From IMG/VR virus record IMGVR_UViG_3300012232_000016, positions 1 to 51,479 of that record: a stretch of DNA of 51,479 nucleotides. The stretch is one strand, 5' to 3'. Origin of the DNA: a virus. Taxonomy: Duplodnaviria; Caudoviricetes. The notes under the pieces were generated by a model, which saw only the letters and a list, made by a program, of their open reading frames with translations, had not been told where the DNA came from and made no database searches. Of the stretch, positions 17,223 to 27,772 are shown piece after piece. The position numbers and the translations under genes were made by a program. Numbering within the stretch: the first letter of the stretch is position 1; each line of letters starts with the position of its first letter.

Positions 17223-17573
17223 ATGACACTGCTGTCCGACGTCATCGGAATCGCTGATGGTATCACAAGAGACCTTGGGTTACAGGGTTCCGTGAACCAC
17301 GAAGTTTGCACCCTTCTTGATGGAGCTGGAGCGCGTTCATATGCTGCGCCCGTTTCTCGTGGGGCGATCGTAGAGAAGAAACAGAAGCTCGTGAAGACAA
17401 CCAATGGTGAGATGGAAATGAGTCAGGCGAGTATCACGTTCCTGAGCCCGACTCCTGTTGGTATGTTTGACAGACTTACGTTGGCCGATGGCACGACCGG
17501 TCCAATTCTGAACACAGGAGGATTCGTAGACAGCAGCAATGTTGCGATCCTCAATGAGATCTACCTTGGCTGA
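17223..17573 (+). CDS. head closure protein
   Basis: 116 aa beta protein; synteny. Confidence 0.6.
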   Translation: MTLLSDVIGIADGITRDLGLQGSVNHEVCTLLDGAGARSYAAPVSRGAIVEKKQKLVKTTNGEMEMSQASITFLSPTPVGMFDRLTLADGTTGPILNTGGFVDSSNVAILNEIYLG

Positions 17574-17964
17574 TATCAAATATTCTATCTTCAAGGGCGC
17601 GGATAAGACGCTGGCACAGCTGAAGAAGCTCCAGGCGTTCACACCGAATGCTTTCGCTACGGCGCTCTTTCAAGAAGCGCAGATCGAGGCGACTGAGTGC
17701 AAAAAGGTGACGCCGGTGGATACGGGTGCTCTCAGAGCCTCTATCTTTGTCGAGAATCCCAAGAGGGAAGGGCGCAAGGTCTCCGTGGCGATTGTGGCGG
17801 GCGGGCCCTCGGCGCCCTACGCTTTGATCGTGCATGAGGATCTTGAAGCACATCATCCGCACGGGGAAGCGAAGTTCATTGAGCGTCCGCTGCGTGCTAG
17901 TGCCCCGCACATGGGGACACGCATCGCGAAGAGAATTGATCTGAATCAGGGGTTGAAGGGATAA
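17566..17964 (+). CDS. neck protein (HK97 gp10-like)
   Basis: TPVDTGALRAS, YALIVHE, KFIERP. Confidence 0.82.
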   Translation: MADIKYSIFKGADKTLAQLKKLQAFTPNAFATALFQEAQIEATECKKVTPVDTGALRASIFVENPKREGRKVSVAIVAGGPSAPYALIVHEDLEAHHPHGEAKFIERPLRASAPHMGTRIAKRIDLNQGLKG

Positions 17965-18407
17965 TGCCTACGACATTCCCTCAATCCACGTTCATCCCCG
18001 ATCTGATCTTTCTGTTCGTGGAGGAGCTTGGTTACAGCGGTTTCGGTCAAGACGTTTTCAAGGGTGCCAAGTCGATTGTGCCCGCAGGTGTCGCCCGGGC
18101 GGTGACTATCATTCCTACAGGTGGGCTTGGGGATGAAGGCACGCATAATCTCTCAAGGGATACCATCGCGTATGAGCGCCCATCTGGGCAGTTGGTCTTC
18201 CGTGGTGATGATTGGAATGCGGTGAATGATGCCGCACAGCAGGCGTTCTTCGGACTGAACTTTCTGGATCGTTTCGTGAACAACACGTGGTGGCGCGTCT
18301 GCGCCCCGAAGGGGGAAGTCTACGAACTCCCCGTGGATGAGAAGGGTCGGGCGCGACTTGTGTTCAATCTTGACAGTGTGAAGAGACTTTCACCCGCTAC
18401 AAGCTAA
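17964..18407 (+). CDS. tail terminator-like protein
   Basis: Size, synteny, DEKGRARLVFN tail. Confidence 0.65.
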   Translation: MPTTFPQSTFIPDLIFLFVEELGYSGFGQDVFKGAKSIVPAGVARAVTIIPTGGLGDEGTHNLSRDTIAYERPSGQLVFRGDDWNAVNDAAQQAFFGLNFLDRFVNNTWWRVCAPKGEVYELPVDEKGRARLVFNLDSVKRLSPATS

Positions 18408-18419
18408 AGGAGAATCGCA

Positions 18420-18917
18420 ATGGCCTCTACCGTTACATCAAAGTTGATCGTTCAGCTCACGTCCATCCTGGCAAACTCCGTCGGACTGGCGAGCGCCCAG
18501 GCCACGATCGAGACGGGCATCAACCAGAATCTGCCGAATGGCACCGGCGCGCTCCAATGCGATCGCGTCTTCTCGGAGAACGACAAGTCCATCTCCGGCG
18601 CGACGGACATCGACCTGGCAGGTGCGCTGGTCGATGCCCTCGGCGTGGCTTGCGTGTTCGCTCGCGTCAGAGCATTGATCGTGGTTGCGGACGCCCTGAA
18701 CGCGGGCGACGTGGTGGTCGGTGGTGATGCGAATGCCTGGTTGTTCGGTGGTGCCGCAGCACACACGATCTCAGTCAAGCCAGGTGGCGTGCTCGTGCTG
18801 CTCGCGGGCAACACGGCCGGCTACGTCGTCACGGCCGCAACGGGGGACATCCTCCAGTTCGCTCCGTCGGCGGGCACGGTGGTCTTCGACTACGCCGTTC
18901 TTGGGTGCAGCGCCTAA
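18420..18917 (+). CDS. virion structural protein
   Basis: AAAGGAG RBS; beta-rich; tail module. Confidence 0.65.
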   Translation: MASTVTSKLIVQLTSILANSVGLASAQATIETGINQNLPNGTGALQCDRVFSENDKSISGATDIDLAGALVDALGVACVFARVRALIVVADALNAGDVVVGGDANAWLFGGAAAHTISVKPGGVLVLLAGNTAGYVVTAATGDILQFAPSAGTVVFDYAVLGCSA

Positions 18918-18947
18918 CCGGAACGGCCGACTTAGGCGTTCCTTTTT
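18910..18947 (+). terminator. possible partial terminator
   Basis: GCGCCTAA...TTAGGCGT then TCCTTTTT. Confidence 0.4.
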
Positions 18948-18961
18948 GAGAAGGAGTAGCA

Positions 18962-19375
18962 ATGTCGAACGCAGTCACATCTACAGGGATTCTCGTCAAG
19001 CGTGCTCCGTTCGCGACCCCGACCGCGTTCGTCACGGTGGCCGAGATCACTGAAGTCGATCCCGGAGGCATGACCCGGAACAAGATCGAGACGTCCACGC
19101 ACAACGACGGCTCTGAGAGCCATGTGCTGGGCATCTTGCGTCAATCCGACCCGACGCTGAAGATCAATTACATCGGATCAGATTCGTCGCACATCAACAT
19201 CTTGGCGGACATCATCAACAACGTCAAGAACGCCTGGCAGATCCTGTTCCCATCGGGGAAGTCGAGAACGGGATTCGCCTTCGTGCAGATGTTCAAATTC
19301 GATGTGGCGCCCGTCGACGGGAAGCAGGGCGCTTCGCTGGCTCTCACGTGGGCCAGCATCGTGACCGAAGCGTAA
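18962..19375 (+). CDS. major tail tube protein
   Basis: 137 aa; VAEITEV, IETSTH, WQILFP; before the chaperones. Confidence 0.8.
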   Translation: MSNAVTSTGILVKRAPFATPTAFVTVAEITEVDPGGMTRNKIETSTHNDGSESHVLGILRQSDPTLKINYIGSDSSHINILADIINNVKNAWQILFPSGKSRTGFAFVQMFKFDVAPVDGKQGASLALTWASIVTEA

Positions 19376-19406
19376 ACCTGTTCGTTTCCGCAGATGAGGA
19401 GAGCAT

Positions 19407-19754
19407 ATGTCCCAGCCATTGCTCTCCGCGTCAAATATTGTTGACGCGGAGGACCTGAAGTTCGTCGATGTTGAAGTCCCTGAATGGGGTGGCACCATCC
19501 GCCTCAAACAGATGGACGCCAAGGAATCCATGGCGTTCACAGACGAGATGGTGACGATCGAGAAACAGCCTCTGGGCATGTATCTGATGCTGATCAGGTG
19601 CGCCGTCGATGAGCAGGGCAAGAAACTGTTCACGGATGAGGATCTTCCCAGACTCCAAGCCAAAAGCGTCCAGGTCCTGAATCGCTTGCAGCGGATCGCC
19701 ATCACGCTCAACAAGATGGATCAGGAGACCACGGAGGTGCTAAAAAAGGACTAG
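19407..19754 (+). CDS. tail assembly chaperone (gpG-like)
   Basis: VEVPEWGGTIRL; ends at a slippery site. Confidence 0.85.
   Translation: MSQPLLSASNIVDAEDLKFVDVEVPEWGGTIRLKQMDAKESMAFTDEMVTIEKQPLGMYLMLIRCAVDEQGKKLFTDEDLPRLQAKSVQVLNRLQRIAITLNKMDQETTEVLKKD
19742..19748 (+). other. -1 programmed frameshift site A AAA AAG
   Basis: -1 frame reads GLERGGNRRYAYGLARRLGYANVDD into ORF 19823-20134. Confidence 0.85.
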
Positions 19755-20134
19755 AGCGTGGCGGTAATCGCCGCTACGCCTACGGCCTTGCACGTCGGTT
19801 AGGTTACGCCAACGTCGACGATATGGTCGCGGAAATGGGCGAGTGGCATCGCTTCCGCGAATGGCAGATCTTCGAGGAACTGGAACCACACTTCGAAGAC
19901 CAGATGAACTACCATGCCGCACATCTCGTGCAGACATTGTGGAACATCTATCGCGACACAGAGAAGCATCCGGAACCTTTCCCCCTGGGTAAGTTCTTGA
20001 TGTATTTCGGTGACGCCCAGACTGTGCAACCGCCGCCTGTGGTGCAACCGCTCGAGCATCAAGAGCGTCTGATCGATATGTGGATCATGGGGAGTAACGC
20101 ACTCTTCCAAGCGAAAGAGGCCAGTGGCAGCTGA
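19748..20134 (+). CDS. gpT-like frameshift extension of the chaperone
   Basis: Open -1 frame from the slippery site to the TMP. Confidence 0.8.
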   Translation, partial: GLERGGNRRYAYGLARRLGYANVDDMVAEMGEWHRFREWQIFEELEPHFEDQMNYHAAHLVQTLWNIYRDTEKHPEPFPLGKFLMYFGDAQTVQPPPVVQPLEHQERLIDMWIMGSNALFQAKEASGS

Positions 20135-22388
20135 ACTCGAAACAGTCAAAGGGCTCATTGAGCTTCAAGACAATTACACGAGCGAACTTGGGCTCGCGCA
20201 GGCTGCTCTTTCGAACTTCACCAAAGAGAATCAGGAAAGTCTGAAAGCGGTCGCAGGCGCCGCGGGGCTTGTGGCCGCTGCCATTGGCGCGATCATCGCT
20301 ACGACGATCAAACTCGGGGAGCGTGGCTCAGATGTCAATGACGTCAAGGCCACGCTCAACGAGTTTGCAGGGTCCGCCAAGAATGCTGACGCGGTGATGC
20401 GAAATCTCCGCGAGGGCACCAAAGGCACGGTAGATGATTTTGAACTCGCGAGGAATGCCGCTCGGCTGTTATCCACAGGCGTCAAGCTCACGGCAGAAGA
20501 CTTCGGCACACTCTCTTCTGCGGCGTTCGCCCTGCAGAATCGGGGGCTTGGGCCTACCAAAGAACAACTCGACACGATTTCAGATGCCCTAGTCACAGGC
20601 CGCTCGAAGGCGCTGGCTGCGAAATTGGGCATCGTAGACCTTGGTGATGCTCAGGCGAACTACGCTAAGCAATTGGGCATCAGTGTTGATCAACTCTCTG
20701 ATGCAGGGAAGGCTGAAGCGGCGCGCATCCAAGTGATGCAGATGCTGAAGACGGCCACCAAACAGGCAGGGGACCAACAGAGAGATTTCGGCGAAGAGAT
20801 AGAGGCTGCGAAAGTCGCGGTCAAGAATTGGGTGGATGATCTAGCGTCTGCGGTGGCGGTCTCTCCTGTCTTCAAAGCAGGGATGGACACCATCAAGTCT
20901 GCGCTCTCCGAAGCATTCGGTGGGGATAGCAGAGAGAGTATCAAGGCGGTTGTCAACGCCCTTGAGCAGACAGTCATCTATAGCACTTATGTGGCCAATG
21001 CTACGATTGAGGCCGCTCGAGTCGTGCATACGGCGTGGTCTGGTGTCAAGGTATTGGTGTTGGGACTGGAGACGGTGTTCACGACCGTCTTTGATGTCAT
21101 TACATCTGGTGTGAGTGAGGTGGCGAATGTGGCCGCTAAGCTCCATATCATCAGTCCTGAGACTGCCCAACAGGTAGCAGACCTTCGAGATCAATTCAGA
21201 GGCATGTCCAACGATCTTGCGAAGCAGACCGCGGAAGCGATGAAGGGTGTCGTAGGCGCTTCTGATTTCGATAAGACATTGGATTCGCTGGGTGGCACGG
21301 TAGATCGGGTGCGTGACGCCATGGTCACTGCGGCCAATGCGACGGCTCAGAACACGGAGACTGATGCGGAAGCTACAGCTGGCGCCGGCAAGCTGGCCGC
21401 GGCGCAAGGGGTTGTCGCGCAAAGCATGATCGATCGCCAGAAGGTTGAAGACCAGCTTTGGAAGATCCAGGCTAAGAGTCTGGACGAGACCTCCCAACTG
21501 TGGGAGGAATTCTTTGCGCTCCGTGCAGAACATGAGGGCAGCACGGTTGACGCGCAGAAGGCCTCTATCAACGCTTGGCGCAACAACGAGATCGAGAAAC
21601 TTGACGCCTCCGACAAAAATTGGAACGAACACTATGCCTCGATAAATGCGGTAGCCGACGAGAAGCTCAAAGGCGTCGGTTCCATGTGGGATACTGTCAA
21701 GGATAAGTCGATCAGCGCCCTACGGGCCCAATACGAGGCGGCAGTCGCTACGTATAACCAGATGGTGCGCTCTGGTGACTTCTTTCGTGAGGATATTGAC
21801 AAACAAAGATCAGCCATAGATAAAGCCGCGGATGCGATGCGTGGATTCGGTCAGGAAGCCAAGCAAGCAGAAGAAGCCGCTGCGGCTGCGACCAAGAAAA
21901 CCAACGATGAACTCGCCAAGCAGAAGAAGGCCGCAGACGACGCGAAAGCGGCGATGATGGCGCTGGGCAGTTCTTTCACTTATGATCTGTCCACCAAAGA
22001 AGGTATCGCGCAGTATCGCAAGATGAACCCTGCCGCCGAGATCATCTGGTCTGACGAACAGATCATGGCCTACATCAAGAAGGGCGGGGCGCTCGAAGGA
22101 CTCATCAAGAGCGGTGTGATCAATCCTTACGCGCATATGGGATCTACAGGATTCGTTAAAGGCGGTTCTGTGGATATCAAAGTAGGTGAAGAAGGACCTG
22201 AGGTTGTCCGCGTGCCTCTGGGCAGCACGGTCTATCCGAACAACATGACGCCACCAGGTGGCGGTGGTGGTGATAGTTACCAGGTGATCGTCAACGTGAA
22301 TGGCACACCGGAAGACGCGGCCAAACGGGCTGCAAAGATCATCATGGATGGCGTCAAGATGAGAAAACGTTTTGGGGCTTCTCAATAG
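20124..22388 (+). CDS. tape measure protein
   Basis: 754 aa Ala-rich helical; VGEEGPE near C-terminus; follows G/GT. Confidence 0.9.
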   Translation: MAAELETVKGLIELQDNYTSELGLAQAALSNFTKENQESLKAVAGAAGLVAAAIGAIIATTIKLGERGSDVNDVKATLNEFAGSAKNADAVMRNLREGTKGTVDDFELARNAARLLSTGVKLTAEDFGTLSSAAFALQNRGLGPTKEQLDTISDALVTGRSKALAAKLGIVDLGDAQANYAKQLGISVDQLSDAGKAEAARIQVMQMLKTATKQAGDQQRDFGEEIEAAKVAVKNWVDDLASAVAVSPVFKAGMDTIKSALSEAFGGDSRESIKAVVNALEQTVIYSTYVANATIEAARVVHTAWSGVKVLVLGLETVFTTVFDVITSGVSEVANVAAKLHIISPETAQQVADLRDQFRGMSNDLAKQTAEAMKGVVGASDFDKTLDSLGGTVDRVRDAMVTAANATAQNTETDAEATAGAGKLAAAQGVVAQSMIDRQKVEDQLWKIQAKSLDETSQLWEEFFALRAEHEGSTVDAQKASINAWRNNEIEKLDASDKNWNEHYASINAVADEKLKGVGSMWDTVKDKSISALRAQYEAAVATYNQMVRSGDFFREDIDKQRSAIDKAADAMRGFGQEAKQAEEAAAAATKKTNDELAKQKKAADDAKAAMMALGSSFTYDLSTKEGIAQYRKMNPAAEIIWSDEQIMAYIKKGGALEGLIKSGVINPYAHMGSTGFVKGGSVDIKVGEEGPEVVRVPLGSTVYPNNMTPPGGGGGDSYQVIVNVNGTPEDAAKRAAKIIMDGVKMRKRFGASQ

Positions 22389-22397
22389 GAGTAGAGT

Positions 22398-22958
22398 ATG
22401 TTCAATGGGCAGACGTGGCTTGAATCAATGGCGTCGATGCAGGCTGATGGGCCTACGCTCACGGCCGCGGCCGCGGCATCGGCTCTCTCAACGCAGGCAA
22501 AAGGTAACAACTTCCCCGCGGGATTCTGGGGGAACGCGGGGAAGGCAGTGCTCATTCTGGCCAGCGGTCGTATCACCGTGGCGGTCACAACACCCGGCAC
22601 CGTTCGTTGGGATGTGCGCCTAGGTGGCACAGTGGTCTGGGACTCTACAGCCATCGCATGCGACACGGCAGGTTATACCAACGTTGGTTGGTTTCTGGCC
22701 CTGCTGTTGACGCAGAGAGCGGTAGGCACTGCCGCAAACCTGATGGGTCAGGCGGTGCTCAGCACGCCGATTCTCGCGGGTAACCCTGCAACGCCACCGA
22801 AAGGTTCTCTGACAGCACTACTCCCCTGGAACACGGCTCCGGCAGTGGGTGGCAACTTCGATGCGACGGTCTCCCAGGCATTGGACTTCTTCTATACGCC
22901 TTCCCTGGGCACGACATCGCAAATCTGTCATCAGTTCGTTCCGATCACGTTGAACTAA
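22398..22958 (+). CDS. tail-associated protein
   Basis: Beta-rich 186 aa; AGGAG RBS. Confidence 0.65.
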   Translation: MFNGQTWLESMASMQADGPTLTAAAAASALSTQAKGNNFPAGFWGNAGKAVLILASGRITVAVTTPGTVRWDVRLGGTVVWDSTAIACDTAGYTNVGWFLALLLTQRAVGTAANLMGQAVLSTPILAGNPATPPKGSLTALLPWNTAPAVGGNFDATVSQALDFFYTPSLGTTSQICHQFVPITLN

Positions 22959-22959
22959 C

Positions 22960-25900
22960 GTGGCGTTCCGTCGTCCTTGGGATCGGATCAGAATTGGCGC
23001 CGTCATTACGACGACGGTGCCAATTGTCACGGCCATAGACCCGAATGGTGGGCCTATGGCAGGTGGCACCGCGGTCACGATCTCAGGGAAGAATTTCCGC
23101 AAGAACTCTGATGGGACTGCGCCTACGGTATTGTTTGGGAGTAATCCCGCCACGAGTGTGGTGGTTGTTAACTCAACGACCATCACCTGCAATACACCTG
23201 CCGCACTGGTTTCTGATACTGTTGATGTCTCTGTCACGTGCGGCACGCAAACTGGCACGCTGACAGACTGCTTTCTCTATGCAGAACTTGTCATCACTAG
23301 CATCTCTCCTGCTTTTGGCACCTTCGGAGGAGGCACTGCTGTCCTGATCACAGGCGTGAATTTCACGTCAGCCGGGCTGACTGTGACCTTTGGTGGATCA
23401 GGCGCCTCAACCATCGTCTTCATAGACTCTGAACATATCAGCTGCGTAACGCCCAATCATGCGGCAGGATATGTAGACATCGTAGTCGGAGGCACTTTCG
23501 GACCAGGAACATTGCGGAATGGCTTCCAATACACGACGCTAACGCGGGGAGCAGATATTCGTAGGTCTCCTGGTATCTCCATTCAACAAACACTCAACAG
23601 CCAACCTTATCGCGCCAGTTTTCAGGTAGACGGAAACAGCAACGTCCCTGTCATTGGTGAGCGACTTGAGATTATAGATTCGTTTGACGGGAATAGACTG
23701 CTCTTCGCCGGCACAGCGATTCGCGTTACGCAGTCCTTCACCTCGACTAGTGATTACACAAGAGCGGTGGATCAACTGCAATACGGGGTTGATGCTGCAG
23801 ATTTCGCCTGGCTTCTGAATCGACGCAGACCCGTAGGAAATTACACGTATGTCTCCGTCAGCGAGGTTGTGAAGGATCTGGGTGCCAGATATGCACCAGG
23901 ATTTGACTTCACGTCTTATGTGCAGACGAAGCTGGCACCTGTTACGATCTCCTTTGATGGCACGAACGAATTCACGGAGTGTTTGAGCATTCTCGCGCAG
24001 GCCATAGGTGGTGGCCATTGGTATGTAGATTACCAGCAGAAGATACATTTCTTTCATATTGCACCTAGATCCGCACCGATTGGGATCACCCAGACGCTTG
24101 CGGCTAAACCTACGGTGACGGTTGGTGTCGCTATTGGTGGTGCTGCGACATATCTGCCTGGGTTCTACTGCTTCGCCTGGACGAGTGTTGATGCAGGTTC
24201 GAGGGAGTCCTCTCCTTCTCTGTTTTCTAATCCGTTGCTGTTGACGGGTCTCTCCAAGTTGGATTTCACTGTGCCCGTGGGTAGCGGTGCCACCCGGAAT
24301 GTCTATGCATTCCGTCTGGCGACACCTTTCTCATTGGGTGCAGGGATCACGAACATCCCCGCCAATGACGGTGTGTCTCTCGTTCGTATCGCCACCATCA
24401 CGAACAATACGACGACCACGTTCACGGCGTATTTCCAGGGGGATGTCACAACCATTCTTGGTATCACAGACGCGAACGTGACGGCACCCGTTGCCAATAC
24501 TGTGATCCCAATCCCTCAGAAGTCAAGGGCATCTGCGCCACAGCCTGCGTCATCTCTGGCATTGGATCAAGACCAGGGTCAGAATTATTGGAATGGTGGG
24601 GCGTATATCTGTCGGGTTGGATATCTCTATAGAAACGGCACCATGTCATTCGTGGGATCTGCCAGTAATACGGCGGTTCAATTCTTGCAACAATTTATCG
24701 GAGTGCGGAATAAGATCGTCAGTAACATCCCGATCGGTCCAGACCTTAACGGGGTTGAGTGCATTGCACGATTCGTCGTTCTTGGGTCTGTGCCCACAAC
24801 GATTATCCCCAATACGAACCAGTTTGAAATCTCAGGGACACCTACGTGGCCCTCTAAGGTGTCTCCATTCTGGGTTGCGGATAATACGACGACACTGGCT
24901 TATTTCCGTGGGATCTACGTGGGATCACTCCCCAATGATCTTTTCACACCTACGCAGACGGGCACGAGTGGGGTGCTTTCTGCGTCTCAATGGGGTGCGA
25001 ATGTTCCGGTTCTTTACTCCAACAAGAATTCTCTAGATGCGAATGAACCTATCCCTGTCTGGCCGAATCCAGACGGTCCTGACCTAGAGGCGTCGTTACC
25101 CCAACCTGTCGATGTGACAGACGCGGATACAACCTACCTGCTCAGGGACACGGCACCTTCTGTGAGTGTTGATGCTTCGCAGATCCGTAACCGCATCACA
25201 GTCATTGGTTCTGGTTGTGTCATCACAGAGGATGCAAACGTAGGCACCACACAGATCAAGATTTCAGATGTTACTGCATTCTCCGTGAACGGCGGCACCG
25301 TGTTGGCCGACGGGAGGGTAAGCCTCGATTACTCAGCGCCTAACAACGATAGCACAGAAGATGATACGGGAATCCTGTTACTGACAACGCCTCTGACTAC
25401 GGCGTTGAAGAATGGGGTGCCTATCGTCAATTACTATCGTGCGGACGATGTCGATTCTCAGATTGAGCTTGCGAAGGTAGAGCTGGATCATAACGGTGCC
25501 AAGACCGACGGCATCCACGAATACACGATCGTAGATTCTTCTCTCAAGGCTTTCTTCCAGCTCTACATGCGAGCGCATGCAGAGCTTGAATTGTTCTCCA
25601 AGCCCATCATCTCTGTCACGTATTCAACAAGGGATCCGAACTCACGCCCGGGCGCCATTGTGTCGATCGATTTATCTTTCCCTCCTGTCAAGGGCGATTT
25701 CTTGATCCAGGATGTGACGATAGATCAGATCCATGATGAGGTTGATGCAGCATTGTTGCCACGCTATGACGTGACCGCCACATCTGTGAAGTTCTCTCTT
25801 GAAGATCTGCTGTTGTCCCTCTTGGCGAATCAGACAGTCAATCAGACATCAACCCCTTCTAATGGCCTCACGGGTCTGACACAGACTGTAACAAACGGTG

Positions 25901-26646
25901 GTGATAGCACAGAAGATGCTATACCCAATCTAAGTCTAAAGGTTTCTGGTTGGCTAGGCTTCATGGGTTCCACATCTTCACCGTTCTTTACGAATGTGAA
26001 TTATGGTGCGTGGACGACAGGTGTTACGGTCGCAGGTGTGACACAGACGTATACACAGGATATTCGTGCTATCTGGGCACGGATGACCACGAACAGTGCG
26101 AGCACGGGGCTACTGAGCAGTGCCGCATTTATCCTGCCTTTGCGACCGAACCCGCGGGTCATCACTCGTGTCAGAACACTAGGCCAGATTGACCAGATGT
26201 ATGCGATTTTTGGTGCGATCGTTGATCGTGCGCCATCCATGACGACAGGTGGTAAACCAAACACAATTGGCACCTATATTGGATTCGTAGGCGGAGCGGG
26301 TGGCGTGAGGCCGTTCTACTTCCTGAATCCCTCTGGTGCTGCAAACGACGAATTGTATGTCTTGGGTCCTGTGCTTGCAGAGTGGCAGACGAACATCGAA
26401 TATCTCTGTGAGATACAACTCAATTGGAGTGAGACGGCGCCTACGGCCACGATGATTGTGAATAAGACAGCGGCCGTCATGAACCTGAGTGGTGTCACAC
26501 CTACTTCTTTCACTACACTTGTCTCACGTGTCGCGCAGGACGGCATCGTTTACGGTGTGAATCTTGTTTCTATTCTGCGGTTAGGTAGCTCCAATCGTGG
26601 CATGGAGACCGCAGGTGTGTATACTGAAATGAACAATTTCATCTGA
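22960..26646 (+). CDS. large tail tip protein with two N-terminal IPT/TIG domains
   Basis: IDPNGGPMAGGTAVTISGKNF and ISPAFGTFGGGTAVLITGVNF; hub-like WYVDYQQKIHF and QIRNRITVIG; 1228 aa. Confidence 0.8.
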   Translation: MAFRRPWDRIRIGAVITTTVPIVTAIDPNGGPMAGGTAVTISGKNFRKNSDGTAPTVLFGSNPATSVVVVNSTTITCNTPAALVSDTVDVSVTCGTQTGTLTDCFLYAELVITSISPAFGTFGGGTAVLITGVNFTSAGLTVTFGGSGASTIVFIDSEHISCVTPNHAAGYVDIVVGGTFGPGTLRNGFQYTTLTRGADIRRSPGISIQQTLNSQPYRASFQVDGNSNVPVIGERLEIIDSFDGNRLLFAGTAIRVTQSFTSTSDYTRAVDQLQYGVDAADFAWLLNRRRPVGNYTYVSVSEVVKDLGARYAPGFDFTSYVQTKLAPVTISFDGTNEFTECLSILAQAIGGGHWYVDYQQKIHFFHIAPRSAPIGITQTLAAKPTVTVGVAIGGAATYLPGFYCFAWTSVDAGSRESSPSLFSNPLLLTGLSKLDFTVPVGSGATRNVYAFRLATPFSLGAGITNIPANDGVSLVRIATITNNTTTTFTAYFQGDVTTILGITDANVTAPVANTVIPIPQKSRASAPQPASSLALDQDQGQNYWNGGAYICRVGYLYRNGTMSFVGSASNTAVQFLQQFIGVRNKIVSNIPIGPDLNGVECIARFVVLGSVPTTIIPNTNQFEISGTPTWPSKVSPFWVADNTTTLAYFRGIYVGSLPNDLFTPTQTGTSGVLSASQWGANVPVLYSNKNSLDANEPIPVWPNPDGPDLEASLPQPVDVTDADTTYLLRDTAPSVSVDASQIRNRITVIGSGCVITEDANVGTTQIKISDVTAFSVNGGTVLADGRVSLDYSAPNNDSTEDDTGILLLTTPLTTALKNGVPIVNYYRADDVDSQIELAKVELDHNGAKTDGIHEYTIVDSSLKAFFQLYMRAHAELELFSKPIISVTYSTRDPNSRPGAIVSIDLSFPPVKGDFLIQDVTIDQIHDEVDAALLPRYDVTATSVKFSLEDLLLSLLANQTVNQTSTPSNGLTGLTQTVTNGGDSTEDAIPNLSLKVSGWLGFMGSTSSPFFTNVNYGAWTTGVTVAGVTQTYTQDIRAIWARMTTNSASTGLLSSAAFILPLRPNPRVITRVRTLGQIDQMYAIFGAIVDRAPSMTTGGKPNTIGTYIGFVGGAGGVRPFYFLNPSGAANDELYVLGPVLAEWQTNIEYLCEIQLNWSETAPTATMIVNKTAAVMNLSGVTPTSFTTLVSRVAQDGIVYGVNLVSILRLGSSNRGMETAGVYTEMNNFI

Positions 26647-26659
26647 TTGGGGACCCTAG

Positions 26660-27001
26660 GTGACCAGATACGAGGGAGAAGAACGGCGCATCAGAGAAGG
26701 TGAAGAACGTCGTAAGAGACCAACGGGTTGGAATCTTGAACGTGTTCTTCTGATCCTGACGTTTATTTGTAGTTTCACAGGTGTCGTTTTCGGGTTAGGT
26801 GTGCAGTGGGCCAAGACGACCGCCGTAGAAGCGAAGGTCGATGCAGCCCCAAAGATTTACGTGACGAGAGAACTCTACGATGCAGACAAAGCACATCTGA
26901 CTGAAGCGGTTAACCGTTTGACTATCGCCATAGATAGAATGACACAACGTCAATTGGATGAGGCGAAAGGCCCAGCAGTGCCTTCTTTTGGAAAGAAGTG
27001 A
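26660..27001 (+). CDS. single-TM membrane protein (lysis module)
   Basis: YEGEERR N-terminus, one TM, coiled coil. Confidence 0.6.
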   Translation: MTRYEGEERRIREGEERRKRPTGWNLERVLLILTFICSFTGVVFGLGVQWAKTTAVEAKVDAAPKIYVTRELYDADKAHLTEAVNRLTIAIDRMTQRQLDEAKGPAVPSFGKK

Positions 27002-27005
27002 GGTC

Positions 27006-27518
27006 ATGGATTACACAGATCTGATCGTGCAGACGTGCAGAACGTTCAAACTTGAACCCACAGTCATCGTCGCGCAGGTGCAGGTAGAGTCAGGCGGAGA
27101 CACATATGCCTGGAACCCTGAACCTCGCTATCACTGGCTATGGGATGTCAAACAGAACAAACCGTTTCGCGCCGTGACGTTGAATGAAATGGCGTCTGAG
27201 ACGCCACCGAAGGATTTTCCCTGTTTGGCAGGTGATCCTGACCAGGAATGGTGGGCGCAACAGTGCTCCTGGGGTCTCCTGCAGGTCATGGGTGCGCTGG
27301 CGCGTGAGATGGGGTTCAAGGGTGTCTATCTCACAGAACTGTGCGATCCGGTGGTTGGCCTGACTTTGGGCTGCAAACATCTCTCTGAATTGTTGGCCTG
27401 GGCCAAAGGTGACATCGAGCAGGCATTGGCCGCCTACAACGGCGGAAAGGGCGGGAACGAGAAAGCACCCTTCAGGAATCGAGACTACGCCATCAAGGTG
27501 CTTTCACTGAGACGATGA
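27006..27518 (+). CDS. endolysin, SLT-family lytic transglycosylase
   Basis: QVESGG, WGLLQVM, ALAAYNGG. Confidence 0.88.
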   Translation: MDYTDLIVQTCRTFKLEPTVIVAQVQVESGGDTYAWNPEPRYHWLWDVKQNKPFRAVTLNEMASETPPKDFPCLAGDPDQEWWAQQCSWGLLQVMGALAREMGFKGVYLTELCDPVVGLTLGCKHLSELLAWAKGDIEQALAAYNGGKGGNEKAPFRNRDYAIKVLSLRR

Positions 27519-27763
27519 TGCGAAACAAAACGACGTCGACCACAACGTCCACCAGTTCAACCCCTTGGTGGTTGCCTTTCGCTGGGTTAGCAATCATGGC
27601 GGGCGGTTGGCTCGTGCAGTATGGGATGGAGCGCGCTGAGCACAAGGCCATGGAAGCCAAAGTCCGCAAGCTCGAGGCGATGCAGGACGTAACCAACTTC
27701 ATCAACTACAGCGAGCATCACCAGTATTGGGAGAATCTGCTGTCCGCGCAGAAGACACAATAG
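27515..27763 (+). CDS. single-TM membrane protein
   Basis: Hydrophobic segment then coiled coil. Confidence 0.55.
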   Translation: MMRNKTTSTTTSTSSTPWWLPFAGLAIMAGGWLVQYGMERAEHKAMEAKVRKLEAMQDVTNFINYSEHHQYWENLLSAQKTQ

Positions 27764-27772
27764 GAGGATCGA

